From Gammaproteobacteria bacterium (GTDB lineage Bacteria > Pseudomonadota > Gammaproteobacteria > JACQPQ01), in assembly GCA_016207405.1 (NCBI GenBank), contig JACQPQ010000018.1:20767-84766 (forward strand): 64,000 bases of DNA, read 5' to 3'. Position 1 is the stretch's first letter, and the number at the start of each line of letters is the position of its first letter. Below the pieces are notes generated by a model. The model did no database searches and had not been told where the DNA came from. It worked only from the letters and a program-made list of their open reading frames with translations. Below, in pieces: positions 1-10,380 of the stretch. The translations under genes were made by a program, and so were the position numbers.

Positions 1-891
1 AGCGAAATATCCGATCCCCCGCATACAATTACCAACAAAGACTCTATGCCTTGTAAAACGGAAGAATTTTCATAGACGACAGACAACGCTGCGCCACAGG
101 CGGGCTCTACCAAAATACGGTGGTCACGTGCAAAACGAAGACAGGCATGCACCGCCATTTTGTCAGAAACAATGCAAGGAAAGATGGGATGGCACTTACT
201 CCACCTGAAAGCCTCTTCCGCCACACATTTCACCCCCAACGTCGTCGCAAGCGTATGGATCTCAGAAAGCGCTACCGGTTTACCCGCATCCAACGCTGCC
301 TTATAAGAAGCGGCTCCTTCTGTTTCTACCGCAATGACGGGAATATCCTTCCATCCAAATTTTTCCAAGGCAGCGACAACCCCACACAATAAACCGCCTC
401 CTCCTACGGAAAGTACAACGCCCCCTGGTTTAAATCTTTCCTCTTTGACTTCTTCCATGAGGGTTTCATGCCCTGCCCAAATAATGGGATGATCAAAAGG
501 ATGGATGTATTGACACCCGGGTGCTTCCGCACGCGCTAATGCCTTCTCGTGCGCATCATCCCAAATATGTCCCGAAATGATAACTTCCGCACCTTCCATC
601 TTTAAACTTTTGAGAACGCCCTCTCCCGTCGCATCTGGAATAAAAATCGTGACTGGAATGCCTAGTTTTCGCCCTGCATAAGCAACGGCAAGTCCGGCAT
701 TTCCCCCACTTGCTGCAACAAATTCCCGTTTACCTTCTTTAGCAGCCTCTTGGCACAAACGCCCAATCCCCCTAATTTTAAAAGAGCCAGAAGGTTGCAA
801 AGCATCCATCTTGAGATAAATGGTCTTACCGCATCGCTGAGAAAGCGGTAAGGACTCCAGAAGCGGCGTTTTAATATGAAGCGGATGCACA
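1..891 (-). CDS. PLP-dependent serine/threonine dehydratase family enzyme. The 3' end runs off the window and the start is GTG.
   Basis: Reverse-strand translation gives ...KIRGIGRLCQEAAKEGKREFVAASGGNAGLAVAYAGRKLGIPVTIFIP...ARDHRILVEPACGAAL, the Trp-synthase-beta/PALP fold motifs. The frame stays open to position 1. The listed + ORF 120..392 is antisense to it. Confidence 0.6.
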
Positions 892-900
892 GAACAAAAA

Positions 901-2454
901 TTACTCTTTTTTGTCTTCCGAAAATTTAACGACCAAATAGAGCTGCCCTTCTCCTCTTTTAATTAAAAGGGCCAAGGGCTTGTCAGCAGGCGCCGCTTTT
1001 ACCAACTGGTTAAGATGTTCGCTATTTTTTACGATTGCGCGGTTAAATTCCAAAATAATATCGCCTTTTTTGAGCTCGGCATTCGCTGCAGGACTATTCG
1101 GCAGAACACCTTGAACAGAAACTCCGCCTTCTAAAATCTTAGCCGACGCACGCTCTTTTCCTGTCAAATCTTGAGTTTGAACGCCCAACCGATTGTGTTT
1201 GGGAAACACCTCTTCTTTCCCCTTCTCACGCATAGATGAAGCATATTCTGGAGGTAACTCTACAATGGCCACTCCAAAAACTTTCTTTTTGCCTTCGCGG
1301 ATCACTTCAATTTCAATTTTCGTTCCAGGCTTTGTCGGACCTACTAAATGGGGTAGATCAGAAGCATCCAGAATAATATGCGTATCATATCGGACAATCA
1401 CATCTCCAATTTTGAGACCCGCTTTATCTGCGGGGCTCCCCTCTACCACACTCGCCACCAAGGCGCCTTGTACCTCTTTTAAACCAAACGATTTAGCGAG
1501 ATCGGTTGTCATTTCTTGAAAGGCAACGCCCAACCATCCACGCAAAACACGCCCGGACTCTTTAAGTTGCTTGACTACTTCCATGGCGATATCGATGGGG
1601 ATTGCAAAAGAAACGCCCATATACCCCCCCGTTCGGCTTAAAATTTGGGCGTTCACCCCTACAACCTCTCCTTGTAAGTTGAATAAGGGGCCCCCTGAGT
1701 TACCCGGATTAATCGCAACATCGGTTTGAATAAACGGCACATAGCGTTCGGTTCGAAGACTTCTGCCTTTCGCGCTCACAATCCCTGCCGTTGCAGAACG
1801 TTCAAATCCAAAAGGGGAGCCAATCGCAAGCACCCAGTTCCCCACGGAAAGTTTTTCTGTACTCCCAATCTGAACAACGGGTAAATTCTGACCCTCTATT
1901 TTAAGAACCGCAATATCACTTTCTTCGTCTTTTCCAACGAGTTTGGCGGGTAATTCCCGATGGTCAACCAGTTTAACAATAATTTCTTTTGCGTTTCTAA
2001 CGACGTGCGCATTGGTCAGCACATAGCCTTCTTTTTCAATGATAAATCCAGAACCCAAGGAACGATGTTCGCGTTCTGGCCCAAAATCCCCCCCAAATTC
2101 CTCTCCAAAAAAACGTTTAAAAAACTCTTGGAAGGGGAGATCTTTCAAGTCTTCCGGTTGCAGAGATTTTTTTTCAGCCTCCTGAACCGTGCTGATATTC
2201 ACAACCGCCTCTCCATTTTGTTTCACCAACAGAGAAAAGTCCGGTAGCTTTTCTTGTTTTAACTCTGCAATGGTTGCTTCTAGGTTCTTTAAAACCTGCT
2301 TCACATCCTCAAGAGTTGATATTTCTTTGACTAATTTTGCGGGCTTTTCTATTTTCTCTGAGGTGCTGAGTGCATAGACCAAGAGGGGAACAACAGAAAT
2401 TCCCAGCAAACTCAGGACAAAAATGATTCTATTTTTTAAAATCCATGGAAACAT
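901..2454 (-). CDS. Periplasmic serine endoprotease of the DegP/DegQ (HtrA) family with two PDZ domains
   Basis: 517 aa with a signal peptide. Carries the trypsin-like GNSGGPL motif and two C-terminal PDZ-like segments. Confidence 0.9.
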   Translation of the reverse strand: MFPWILKNRIIFVLSLLGISVVPLLVYALSTSEKIEKPAKLVKEISTLEDVKQVLKNLEATIAELKQEKLPDFSLLVKQNGEAVVNISTVQEAEKKSLQPEDLKDLPFQEFFKRFFGEEFGGDFGPEREHRSLGSGFIIEKEGYVLTNAHVVRNAKEIIVKLVDHRELPAKLVGKDEESDIAVLKIEGQNLPVVQIGSTEKLSVGNWVLAIGSPFGFERSATAGIVSAKGRSLRTERYVPFIQTDVAINPGNSGGPLFNLQGEVVGVNAQILSRTGGYMGVSFAIPIDIAMEVVKQLKESGRVLRGWLGVAFQEMTTDLAKSFGLKEVQGALVASVVEGSPADKAGLKIGDVIVRYDTHIILDASDLPHLVGPTKPGTKIEIEVIREGKKKVFGVAIVELPPEYASSMREKGKEEVFPKHNRLGVQTQDLTGKERASAKILEGGVSVQGVLPNSPAANAELKKGDIILEFNRAIVKNSEHLNQLVKAAPADKPLALLIKRGEGQLYLVVKFSEDKKE

Positions 2455-2588
2455 GTCGGACCTCTTTTTTATATTGAAATAAGTTTTTAGATAAAACGAT
2501 TTTAGGATTTCAAGACAAAGATCACAACAGAAATTTTTTACGAAACAAAAATTGGGTGCGATTTATTTTTAGTGTAACATTCACCCTA

Positions 2589-3458
2589 ATGGCCATACTT
2601 GTCCACAAAAAAACAAAAGTCATTTGTCAGGGTATCACTGGCAAGCAAGGAACTTTCCATACTGAACAAGCCATTCAGTATGGAACGAATATGGTGGGAG
2701 GCGTTGTGCCTGGGAAGGGAGGGACACCCCATCTTGGATTGCCTGTTTTTGATACGGTTCATGAGGCCGTTGCCCAAACGGGTGCCGAAGTGAGCGTTAT
2801 TTATGTCCCCGCCCCTTTTTGTAAAGATTCCATTTTGGAAGCAGCCCATGCGGGTATTTCACTGATTGTATGTATCACAGAAGGCATTCCAACGCTCGAC
2901 ATGATTGACGTCAAGATAACACTCGACCGTTTAGGCGTTCACATGATTGGCCCTAATTGCCCAGGCGTTATTACCCCTGGCGAATGTAAAGTTGGGATTA
3001 TGCCAGGCTCCATTCATACCCCCGGTATTGTGGGGATTGTTTCTCGTTCAGGCACCTTGACTTACGAAGCCGTTTCGCAAACAACCCTCCTCGGATTAGG
3101 TCAGAGCACCTGCGTTGGAATTGGGGGAGATCCAATCCCAGGGTTGAACTTTATTGATGTCCTCACCCTCTTTCAAAACGATCCACAAACAAAAGTGATC
3201 CTAATGGTTGGGGAAATTGGAGGCACGGCCGAAGAAGCCGCCGCCGAACACATTCGCCAATATGTCACCAAGCCTGTAGTTGCTTATGTTGCCGGTGTTA
3301 CTGCTCCAAAAGGCAAACGCATGGGACATGCGGGCGCGATTATTGCAGGGGGCAGTGGGCGAGCCGAAGAAAAGTTTGCTGCCTTAGAACGAGTAGGGGT
3401 TCATACGGTCCGTTCACCCGCTGAAATCGGAAAACGCGTAAAGGCTGTGGCCCATTAG
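2589..3458 (+). CDS. sucD: Succinyl-CoA synthetase alpha subunit
   Basis: [21 protein letters not shown] CoA-binding N-terminus and the phospho-His loop MGHAGAII. About 290 aa from the ATG at 2589. The listed GTG start at 2556 is less likely. No sucC is adjacent. Confidence 0.8.
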   Translation: MAILVHKKTKVICQGITGKQGTFHTEQAIQYGTNMVGGVVPGKGGTPHLGLPVFDTVHEAVAQTGAEVSVIYVPAPFCKDSILEAAHAGISLIVCITEGIPTLDMIDVKITLDRLGVHMIGPNCPGVITPGECKVGIMPGSIHTPGIVGIVSRSGTLTYEAVSQTTLLGLGQSTCVGIGGDPIPGLNFIDVLTLFQNDPQTKVILMVGEIGGTAEEAAAEHIRQYVTKPVVAYVAGVTAPKGKRMGHAGAIIAGGSGRAEEKFAALERVGVHTVRSPAEIGKRVKAVAH

Positions 3459-3470
3459 CCAGCCATTTTT

Positions 3471-4460
3471 ATGCGATTTTCTCTAAAGTTTGCATTGAGT
3501 CTTATGGCTATCGCTTGCCTCTTTATGGCAGGAGGTGCTGCCTATTTTGTCCGTTTTTTGTTCCACCCCTTTCACACATCCGAAGAACATGAAATCGTTT
3601 ATAGCCTAGAACGAGGCGATTCTTTGCGAGATGTCGCGCATAATTTAACTCAAAACTATCACCTTCGTGCACCGTATTTTTTTATAGTGCTTGCTATGGT
3701 TAAAGGGGTTGCTCGAGATCTACAAGCAGGAGAGTATGCGTTTTCTTCTTCTATTTCTGCATCCTCTTTATTAAGTTTATTTGTAAAAGGAGAAGTCAAA
3801 CAACATCGCTTAACGCTCATTCCAGGATGGACTTTTCAAGAAGCACGGGAAGCCATTCGTCAAGCGCCTTTTTTGACTCATACTATAGAAAGCATAGAGG
3901 AGAAAACAAATATTCAAGAAGGGTTATTGTTCCCAGACACTTATTTTTTTACTAAAGGCACATCGGACCTGGAAGTCTTAAAAAAAGCGCATCATACTCT
4001 ACAAGTTCATTTGCAGAAATTTTGGGAGACACGTTCTCGTCTTGTCCCTTACCAAACACCGTATGAAGGATTGATTCTGGCTTCACTGGTAGAAAAAGAA
4101 ACGGCGCGAGACGACGAACGCGCTAAAATTGCAGGTGTTTTTATTCGTCGTTTAAAAAAGAATATGAAACTAGAGAGTGATCCCACCGTGATTTTTGGCT
4201 TGGGTGAGCGCTATAAAGGCGTCTTGTTGAAACGGGATCTTACCCATTCGTCGCCTTACAATACCTATCTTCACAATGGGTTGCCGCCCACACCTATTGC
4301 TTTGGTCTCTCTTGCGGCACTGCAAGCTGCGTTTTCTCCAGAGGACGGAACAGCTTTATATTTTGTTGCAAATAGAAAAGGGGGACATTATTTTTCGAAT
4401 ACGTGGCATGAGCACGACAAAGCCATAAGGCAGTATCGATGGAAAAAGGACGCTTCATAA
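3471..4460 (+). CDS. mltG: Endolytic murein transglycosylase MltG (YceG family)
   Basis: N-terminal TM helix and the YceG-like motifs LIPGWTFQE and ESDPTVIFGLG. Located upstream of tmk, as in other gammaproteobacteria. Confidence 0.85.
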   Translation: MRFSLKFALSLMAIACLFMAGGAAYFVRFLFHPFHTSEEHEIVYSLERGDSLRDVAHNLTQNYHLRAPYFFIVLAMVKGVARDLQAGEYAFSSSISASSLLSLFVKGEVKQHRLTLIPGWTFQEAREAIRQAPFLTHTIESIEEKTNIQEGLLFPDTYFFTKGTSDLEVLKKAHHTLQVHLQKFWETRSRLVPYQTPYEGLILASLVEKETARDDERAKIAGVFIRRLKKNMKLESDPTVIFGLGERYKGVLLKRDLTHSSPYNTYLHNGLPPTPIALVSLAALQAAFSPEDGTALYFVANRKGGHYFSNTWHEHDKAIRQYRWKKDAS

Positions 4461-5077
4461 CTATAGAGGGCATTGAGGGGGTGGGGAAAAGCACCCATAT
4501 TTCTTTCATTGCCAACACCTTAAGAGGGAAAGGCGTCCCCGTTTTAACGACGCGTGAACCCGGGGGAACACCTCTGGCCGCCCGCATTCGAGAGCTGGTG
4601 GTAAATAAATCAGAGGATCCGCCGTCAATCCAAGCAGAGCTATTGCTGATATTTGCTGCGCGCGCTGAGCACGTGATCAAAGTCATTCAACCTGCTCTCG
4701 CCAGAGGCGAATGGGTCATCTCTGACCGATTTACTGATTCCACTTATGTCTATCAAGGACAAGGCAGGGGGGTTCCAAAAGCGCTGATCTCAAAACTTGA
4801 AAATTTTGTTCAAGGGGCTTTACGTCCTGATTGGACGGTGTTATTTGATTTAGATCCTCGTATTGCGCTTGAACGAGCAGCCCTTCGTGGAAAGAGAGAC
4901 CGGTTTGAAGAAGAAGGCATTATTTTTTTTAGGCGCCTTCGAGCGAGTTACTTAAGACGTGCGCGAAGTTTTCCACAGCGATTCCGTATCGTCGATGCTA
5001 ACCGTCCTCTTGAATCTATCCAAAATGACTTGAAGACCATTCTCGATACGTTTTTAATTGAGAAGTCGCTAAACTAG
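4439..5077 (+). CDS. tmk: Thymidylate kinase
   Basis: MEKGRFITIEGIEGVGKST P-loop and a 212-aa Tmk-like length. Confidence 0.9.
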   Translation: MEKGRFITIEGIEGVGKSTHISFIANTLRGKGVPVLTTREPGGTPLAARIRELVVNKSEDPPSIQAELLLIFAARAEHVIKVIQPALARGEWVISDRFTDSTYVYQGQGRGVPKALISKLENFVQGALRPDWTVLFDLDPRIALERAALRGKRDRFEEEGIIFFRRLRASYLRRARSFPQRFRIVDANRPLESIQNDLKTILDTFLIEKSLN

Positions 5078-5173
5078 GTACGATCTGCCTGTTGATATTC
5101 ACTTTGCACTACCTAATGATAGTCTTGGTGAAACGAGGAGCGAAGAATCCTATTACAGAGAAAGGCAATAACT

Positions 5174-6721
5174 ATGAAATTTTTTAATACCGCGGGACCG
5201 ATGGTACCAGAAGATCACTACTGTATAGATCCCTTAGAAAGAATTAACAGAAAAGAAATTTTAAATCTTATTGATCAAAAAAAATATTTCGTCATGCACG
5301 CGCCCAGGCAGACAGGGAAGACGAGTTGTTTGTTGGCTTTGAGGAATTACTTGAACGCGAGTGGGAATTTTTATTGTGTTTATGTAAACGTTGAAGATGC
5401 GCAGGCTGCAAGAGAAGATGTGGAAAGGGGCATTAGAACCATATTGTCGAAAATGGAGGGGACAATCAGTATTAATAATTCAAACATTTATCCACTATTT
5501 CAATCCATTTATCTGGAATCAAATACCATACCCGCGCATAACGCCTTGGGACGGGTTTTTCAAAAATTTAGTTCTTCTTTAGATAAACCACTTGTTATTT
5601 TCTTTGATGAGATTGATTCATTGGTAGGAGACACCTTAATTTCAGTACTGAGGCAATTAAGAGGTAGTTATGAAAATCGCCCTAAAAACTTTCCCCAGTC
5701 CATCATTTTATGTGGGATACGTGATGTCAGGGATTACAGGATTCATTCGGATAAGGAAAAAGCAATCATAACCGGCGGAAGTGCCTTTAATATTAGATCA
5801 GAATCTTTGAGACTTGGCGATTTCAGTGAAGAAGAAACAAAGAAATTATATCTTGAACACACCAAGGAAACGGGGCAAATTTTCAATGAAGATGTGTTTC
5901 CATACGTTTTTAAATTAACCGAAGGCCAACCCTGGCTTGTCAACGCCCTGGCTTACGAGACCTGTTTCAAATTAGAAAAAGACCGATCAAAGCCCATCAC
6001 AAAGGAGCTCATAGAAGAGGCAAAAGAGAACATGATTTTGAGGCGGGATACCCATATCGATATTTTGATTGATAAGTTGAGTGAAGATAGAGTTAGACGA
6101 GTCATCGACCCAATACTTTGTTCGGATGAAGATTCGCCTGAATTAAATCCAAACGATGTTTCCTATGTTATAGATATGGGCTTGATAAAAAAGAAATTGG
6201 GAAAGTATGTTGTTTCAAATGCGATTTACAGAGAAATAATTCCTCGCGAACTTATACAAACAACGCAGTATTCTTTAGAACAAGACATCCTTTGGTATAC
6301 CGAAAACAACAAATTAAGAATGGACAAACTTCTTGAGCGTTTTCAAGAATTTTTCAGAGAGAATTCTGAGGCTTGGCTTGAGCGATTCGCCTACAAAGAA
6401 GCCGGGCCCCATTTACTCCTTATGGCCTTTTTGCAAAGGGTTTTAAATGGTGGCGGGCGGATATTTAGAGAATATGGTCTGGGAATGAAAAGGATGGACA
6501 TATTAGTTGAATATCACAATGAAAAATTCGCTTTGGAGTTAAAAATATTAAGAAACGAAAAGACAAAAGAAGAAGGACTCAAACAGTTAAAGATGTATAT
6601 GGATAAATCAGCTGCGAAAGACGGCCATCTGATAATCTTTAATAAAAGCAAAGAAATATCATGGGGACAAAAAATTTATAAAGAACAAGCAAGAGATAAT
6701 ATTACGATTTGGGGGATGTAA
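5174..6721 (+). CDS. Fusion of a predicted AAA-ATPase (PF09820-like) with a C-terminal PD-(D/E)XK nuclease (PDDEXK_9-like). Function unknown.
   Basis: Walker A HAPRQTGKTS, Walker B LVIFFDEIDS, and a C-terminal D...ELK nuclease motif (RMDILVEY...ALELKIL). AT-rich relative to its neighbours. Confidence 0.7.
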   Translation: MKFFNTAGPMVPEDHYCIDPLERINRKEILNLIDQKKYFVMHAPRQTGKTSCLLALRNYLNASGNFYCVYVNVEDAQAAREDVERGIRTILSKMEGTISINNSNIYPLFQSIYLESNTIPAHNALGRVFQKFSSSLDKPLVIFFDEIDSLVGDTLISVLRQLRGSYENRPKNFPQSIILCGIRDVRDYRIHSDKEKAIITGGSAFNIRSESLRLGDFSEEETKKLYLEHTKETGQIFNEDVFPYVFKLTEGQPWLVNALAYETCFKLEKDRSKPITKELIEEAKENMILRRDTHIDILIDKLSEDRVRRVIDPILCSDEDSPELNPNDVSYVIDMGLIKKKLGKYVVSNAIYREIIPRELIQTTQYSLEQDILWYTENNKLRMDKLLERFQEFFRENSEAWLERFAYKEAGPHLLLMAFLQRVLNGGGRIFREYGLGMKRMDILVEYHNEKFALELKILRNEKTKEEGLKQLKMYMDKSAAKDGHLIIFNKSKEISWGQKIYKEQARDNITIWGM

Positions 6722-6762
6722 AAATCTATTCGTGCACGATTTAAAAGTTTCGAAACTCAACT

Positions 6763-8025
6763 ATGAACACTTTATCCTCTTTAAAAGAATTTGATCTAGA
6801 CGTCTGGCAGGCGATCGAAGGCGAGGCCACGCGACAAGAGGAACACTTGGAACTGATAGCCTCTGAAAACTATACAAGCACTCGCGTACTGGAAGCGCAA
6901 GGCTCTGTATTGACTAATAAATATGCAGAAGGGTATCCCGGTAAACGATATTATGGTGGCTGCCAGTATGTTGACCAAGCGGAAGCCTTAGCTATTCTCC
7001 GTGCCAAACAACTTTTCCATGCGGACTACGCGAACGTTCAACCGCATTCAGGCTCGTCTGCTAACATGGCAGCTTACATGGCACTTATAAAGCCTGGAGA
7101 TCTCATTCTTGGAATGCAGCTCGCTTCTGGCGGGCACTTAACCCATGGGGCTAAAGTCAGCTTCTCAGGACTGTTATACAAGAGCGTTCAATATGGCGTT
7201 GATCTTGCTACAGGACTTATCGACTACGGTGAAGTAGAACGTCTGGCAAATGAGCATCGTCCAAAGCTCATCATGGCCGGATTTTCCGCTTATTCCAGAA
7301 CGGTAGACTGGCAAAAATTTCGGGACATTGCTGACCGGGTTAAAGCTTACCTCATTGTGGACATGGCGCATGTGGCGGGGCTTGTTGCGGCAGATTTGTA
7401 TCCCAGCCCCGTCTCTATTGCGGATGTCACAACGACTACTACGCACAAAACACTACGAGGCCCGCGAGGTGGCATGATTTTAGCTAAAGCGAACCCTGAA
7501 ATTGAGAAGAAATTAAACAGCATTATTTTCCCGGGGATCCAGGGAGGGCCGTTGATGCATGTGATTGCGGCAAAAGCCGTCGCTTTAAAAGAAGCAATGT
7601 CCCCTGAATTCAAAATTTATCAGCAGCAAGTCATTACCAATGCGAGAAAAATGGCAGCCGTGTTTATACAAAGAGGGTATCCGGTTTTATCGGGTGGTAC
7701 AGACAACCATTTATTTCTAGTGGACTTGAGAAGCAAACCGATTACAGGATTAGAAGCAGAAGAAGCTCTAGGCAAGGCTTATATTACGGTGAATAAAAAT
7801 GCCATCCCACAGGATCCGAGGCCGCCGACCATCACGAGTGGGATCCGGATAGGCACTCCTGCCATGACGACGCGAGGGATGAAAGAAGAGCATGCTGCCG
7901 AAGTAGCCCATTGGATGTGTGATGTGTGTGATGCGCCCAAGGACGCCGCATGTCTCGCTCGCACAAAAGAAAACGTTCTTTGTTTGTGTCGGCAGTTTCC
8001 GGTTTACCGCCCTGGCCCCCTCTGA
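6763..8025 (+). CDS. glyA: Serine hydroxymethyltransferase
   Basis: [10 protein letters not shown] motif and the PLP-lysine region [14 protein letters not shown]. 420 aa. Confidence 0.95.
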   Translation: MNTLSSLKEFDLDVWQAIEGEATRQEEHLELIASENYTSTRVLEAQGSVLTNKYAEGYPGKRYYGGCQYVDQAEALAILRAKQLFHADYANVQPHSGSSANMAAYMALIKPGDLILGMQLASGGHLTHGAKVSFSGLLYKSVQYGVDLATGLIDYGEVERLANEHRPKLIMAGFSAYSRTVDWQKFRDIADRVKAYLIVDMAHVAGLVAADLYPSPVSIADVTTTTTHKTLRGPRGGMILAKANPEIEKKLNSIIFPGIQGGPLMHVIAAKAVALKEAMSPEFKIYQQQVITNARKMAAVFIQRGYPVLSGGTDNHLFLVDLRSKPITGLEAEEALGKAYITVNKNAIPQDPRPPTITSGIRIGTPAMTTRGMKEEHAAEVAHWMCDVCDAPKDAACLARTKENVLCLCRQFPVYRPGPL

Positions 8026-8026
8026 A

Positions 8027-9145
8027 ATGTTTACACCTCAAGAAAGTGCTTGGATGCAGGAAGCACTTCTTCTTGCAGAAAAAGGACTTTACACGACCCA
8101 TCCGAATCCACGGGTAGGCTGTCTCATTGTAAAAAATGGACGTGGGATCGGACGCGGATGGCATACGCGCGTGGGTGAGCCGCATGCGGAAGTTTTGGCC
8201 ATGCAGGAAGCAGGCGAGGAAGCGCGAGGCGGAACGGGGTATGTGACTTTAGAACCTTGCGCACACTTTGGGCATACCCCTCCTTGCGATGAAGCTTTGA
8301 TTTCCGCAGGACTTTCACGAGTGGTCGCGAGCACTCTGGATCCTTACTGGCAAGTTTCGGGCCGTGGGGTAAAACATCTGAAGCAGGCTGGAATTCAAGT
8401 GGATGTGGGCCTTTTACAAGAAAAAGCGCGCACTTTAAATAAAGGCTATTTTAAGCGACATACCCAAAAAGTGCCTTGGGTTACGTGCAAAATGGCTATG
8501 AGTTTAGACGGAAGAACGGCACTTGCGACAGGCGAAAGTAAATGGCTGACAGGCTCTGAAGTAAAACAAGCGGTTATGCACCTTCGCGCGCAATCCTCTG
8601 CCATTATAACGGGAGTTGGGACGGTTCTTCAGGATGATCCCTTCCTCACGGTGCGCGGTAAGGAAACAGAGTGCCAGCCTCTTCGGGTGGTTGTAGATTC
8701 TCACCTAAGAAGTTCTGAAGTGGCACACATTTTTAGTCAACCGCCCACCACTTTGATAGCAACGACTTCTCGAGATCTTAAAAAAACAGAGGCGTTTCAG
8801 GGGAGAGGGGTTAAAGTAGTGAGATTGCCTGCCAACTCCAAAGGCCAGGTTTCCTGTCGAAGTCTCTTGGAGTATCTTGCAACCACACAGGCGGTCAATG
8901 AAGTCTTATTAGAAGCAGGGCCTACACTTGCTGGATCTTTTCTTTCAGAGCGCTTGATCGATGAAATAGTCATTTTTATGGCACCCAAATTGCTAGGAAA
9001 TTCTGCGCAAGGCTTATTTCAATTGCCGTTTATTCAAAAATTAGAAGAGGCACTCCCTCTTCAGATCCTCCATATAAAACCTGTCGGATATGATTGGCAA
9101 ATTCACGTGAAACCTTGTTATAAAAATGAAGTACCCCCTCCCTGA
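8027..9145 (+). CDS. ribD: Bifunctional riboflavin biosynthesis deaminase/reductase
   Basis: Deaminase zinc motifs HAEVLA and PCAHFGHTPPC plus a C-terminal RibG reductase domain. The in-frame ATG at 8027, right after the glyA stop, is preferred over the overlapping 7919 start. Confidence 0.9.
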   Translation: MFTPQESAWMQEALLLAEKGLYTTHPNPRVGCLIVKNGRGIGRGWHTRVGEPHAEVLAMQEAGEEARGGTGYVTLEPCAHFGHTPPCDEALISAGLSRVVASTLDPYWQVSGRGVKHLKQAGIQVDVGLLQEKARTLNKGYFKRHTQKVPWVTCKMAMSLDGRTALATGESKWLTGSEVKQAVMHLRAQSSAIITGVGTVLQDDPFLTVRGKETECQPLRVVVDSHLRSSEVAHIFSQPPTTLIATTSRDLKKTEAFQGRGVKVVRLPANSKGQVSCRSLLEYLATTQAVNEVLLEAGPTLAGSFLSERLIDEIVIFMAPKLLGNSAQGLFQLPFIQKLEEALPLQILHIKPVGYDWQIHVKPCYKNEVPPP

Positions 9146-9158
9146 TGGGGGGCACGAT

Positions 9159-10238
9159 ATGTCCTTCTCTTCCATTATTCTTGCGCTTTCTGGGGGCGTG
9201 GATTCCGCGGTAGCTGCCTTGCTATTGAAGCAACAGGGGTTTCATGTGAGCGGTATCTTTATGAAAAACTGGGAAGAAGAGGACGAAGGTAAAGACTGTC
9301 CTTCTTCCGTCGATATTGCAGATGCCAAGGCAGTCTGTGACCGGTTAGATATTCCTTTCCATACCGTCAATTTCTCGCAAGATTATTGGAATCGAGTATT
9401 TGAACATTTTCTGTCAGAAGCGAGAAGGGGGCGAACGCCCAACCCGGACATTTTATGCAATCGAGAAATTAAATTTGGTGCTTTTCTGGATTACGCTCAC
9501 AGAATAGGGGCTGATTATATTGCGACAGGGCATTATGTACGAAGGACAGAAGGTACCATGCCCTGCCAACTCCTCATTGGAAGTGATCTAAAACAAGATC
9601 AGAGCTACTTTTTATACGCATTGAATCAATCGCAACTTAGCCACAGTGTTTTCCCCATCGGTGAACTCTGCAAAGACAAGGTACGTACGCTTGCAAAAGC
9701 TGCGGGATTTTCAAATTACAACCGCAAAGGGAGTACGGGCATTTGTTTTATCGGAGAACGCAGATTTAAGCCTTTTTTGAGTCGTTTTCTTGTTGGTGAA
9801 CACGGTGCAATAGAAACTCCAGAAGGGAAAATACTCGGTCGCCATGAGGGGCTTATGTTCTATACCATCGGTCAGCGCACGGGTTTAAAAATTGGAGGAC
9901 AAAAGGGCGGTGTGGAAGCGCCGTGGTATATCGTCCAGAAAGATCTTCCGCGTAATGTCTTGGTTGTCGTACAAGGGAACACCCATCCGCTCTTATTTAA
10001 ATCCTGTCTTTACACACAAGATATTCATTGGATTAAAGGGGAAGCCCCTCATTTTCCGCTTCGCTCGTCAGCCAAAATTCGTTACCGACAATCGGCAAGT
10101 GATTGTTGGGTTTTAAAAAACGATGTAGGTGGTGGCTATTCTGTGAAATTTGACAGTCCCCAGAGAGCGGTAACTCCTGGCCAGTCGGTTGTTTTCTATC
10201 AAAAAGAAGTCTGTTTAGGTGGGGGGATTATCGAGTAG
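9159..10238 (+). CDS. mnmA: tRNA-specific 2-thiouridylase
   Basis: PP-loop ALSGGVDSAV near the N-terminus. The ATG at 9159 follows the ribD stop. Confidence 0.9.
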   Translation: MSFSSIILALSGGVDSAVAALLLKQQGFHVSGIFMKNWEEEDEGKDCPSSVDIADAKAVCDRLDIPFHTVNFSQDYWNRVFEHFLSEARRGRTPNPDILCNREIKFGAFLDYAHRIGADYIATGHYVRRTEGTMPCQLLIGSDLKQDQSYFLYALNQSQLSHSVFPIGELCKDKVRTLAKAAGFSNYNRKGSTGICFIGERRFKPFLSRFLVGEHGAIETPEGKILGRHEGLMFYTIGQRTGLKIGGQKGGVEAPWYIVQKDLPRNVLVVVQGNTHPLLFKSCLYTQDIHWIKGEAPHFPLRSSAKIRYRQSASDCWVLKNDVGGGYSVKFDSPQRAVTPGQSVVFYQKEVCLGGGIIE

Positions 10239-10290
10239 TTCCTTTTTAACTTAAAGTTGTGCCAAGACTATGGCAGAATCATGCTTTACT

Positions 10291-10367
10291 GCGCCCGTAG
10301 CTCAGTTGGATAGAGTTCCTGGCTTCGAACCAGGCGGTCGGGGGTTCGAGTCCCTCCGGGCGCGCCA
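10291..10367 (+). tRNA. tRNA-Arg, anticodon TCG
   Basis: 77-nt cloverleaf GCGCCCG/.../CGGGCGC-G-CCA with anticodon loop CUUCGAA and T-loop GGTTCGAGTCC. Closely resembles E. coli tRNA-Arg. Confidence 0.85.
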
Positions 10368-10372
10368 GTTAA
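10322..10372 (+). repeat. attL, a 51-bp direct repeat comprising the 3' half of tRNA-Arg
   Basis: Identical to 16076..16126 (gcttcgaaccaggcggtcgggggttcgagtccctccgggcgcgccagttaa). Confidence 0.85.
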
Positions 10373-10380
10373 TCAAGGGG

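Noticed and set aside
120-392. 90-aa + strand ORF
   Set aside because: It lies wholly antisense to the much longer dehydratase-family reading frame on the minus strand. It has no motifs.
1193-2377. Three + strand ORFs (108, 95 and 62 aa) inside the htrA region
   Set aside because: They are antisense to a well-supported 517-aa DegP-like CDS. Their composition is low-complexity.
2586-2849. Minus and plus small ORFs overlapping the sucD 5' end
   Set aside because: They are alternative frames of a confidently identified sucD.
7919-8026. Upstream extension of ribD that would overlap glyA by 107 nt
   Set aside because: The in-frame ATG at 8027 directly follows the glyA stop, and the N-terminus MFTPQESAWMQEAL matches RibD starts.
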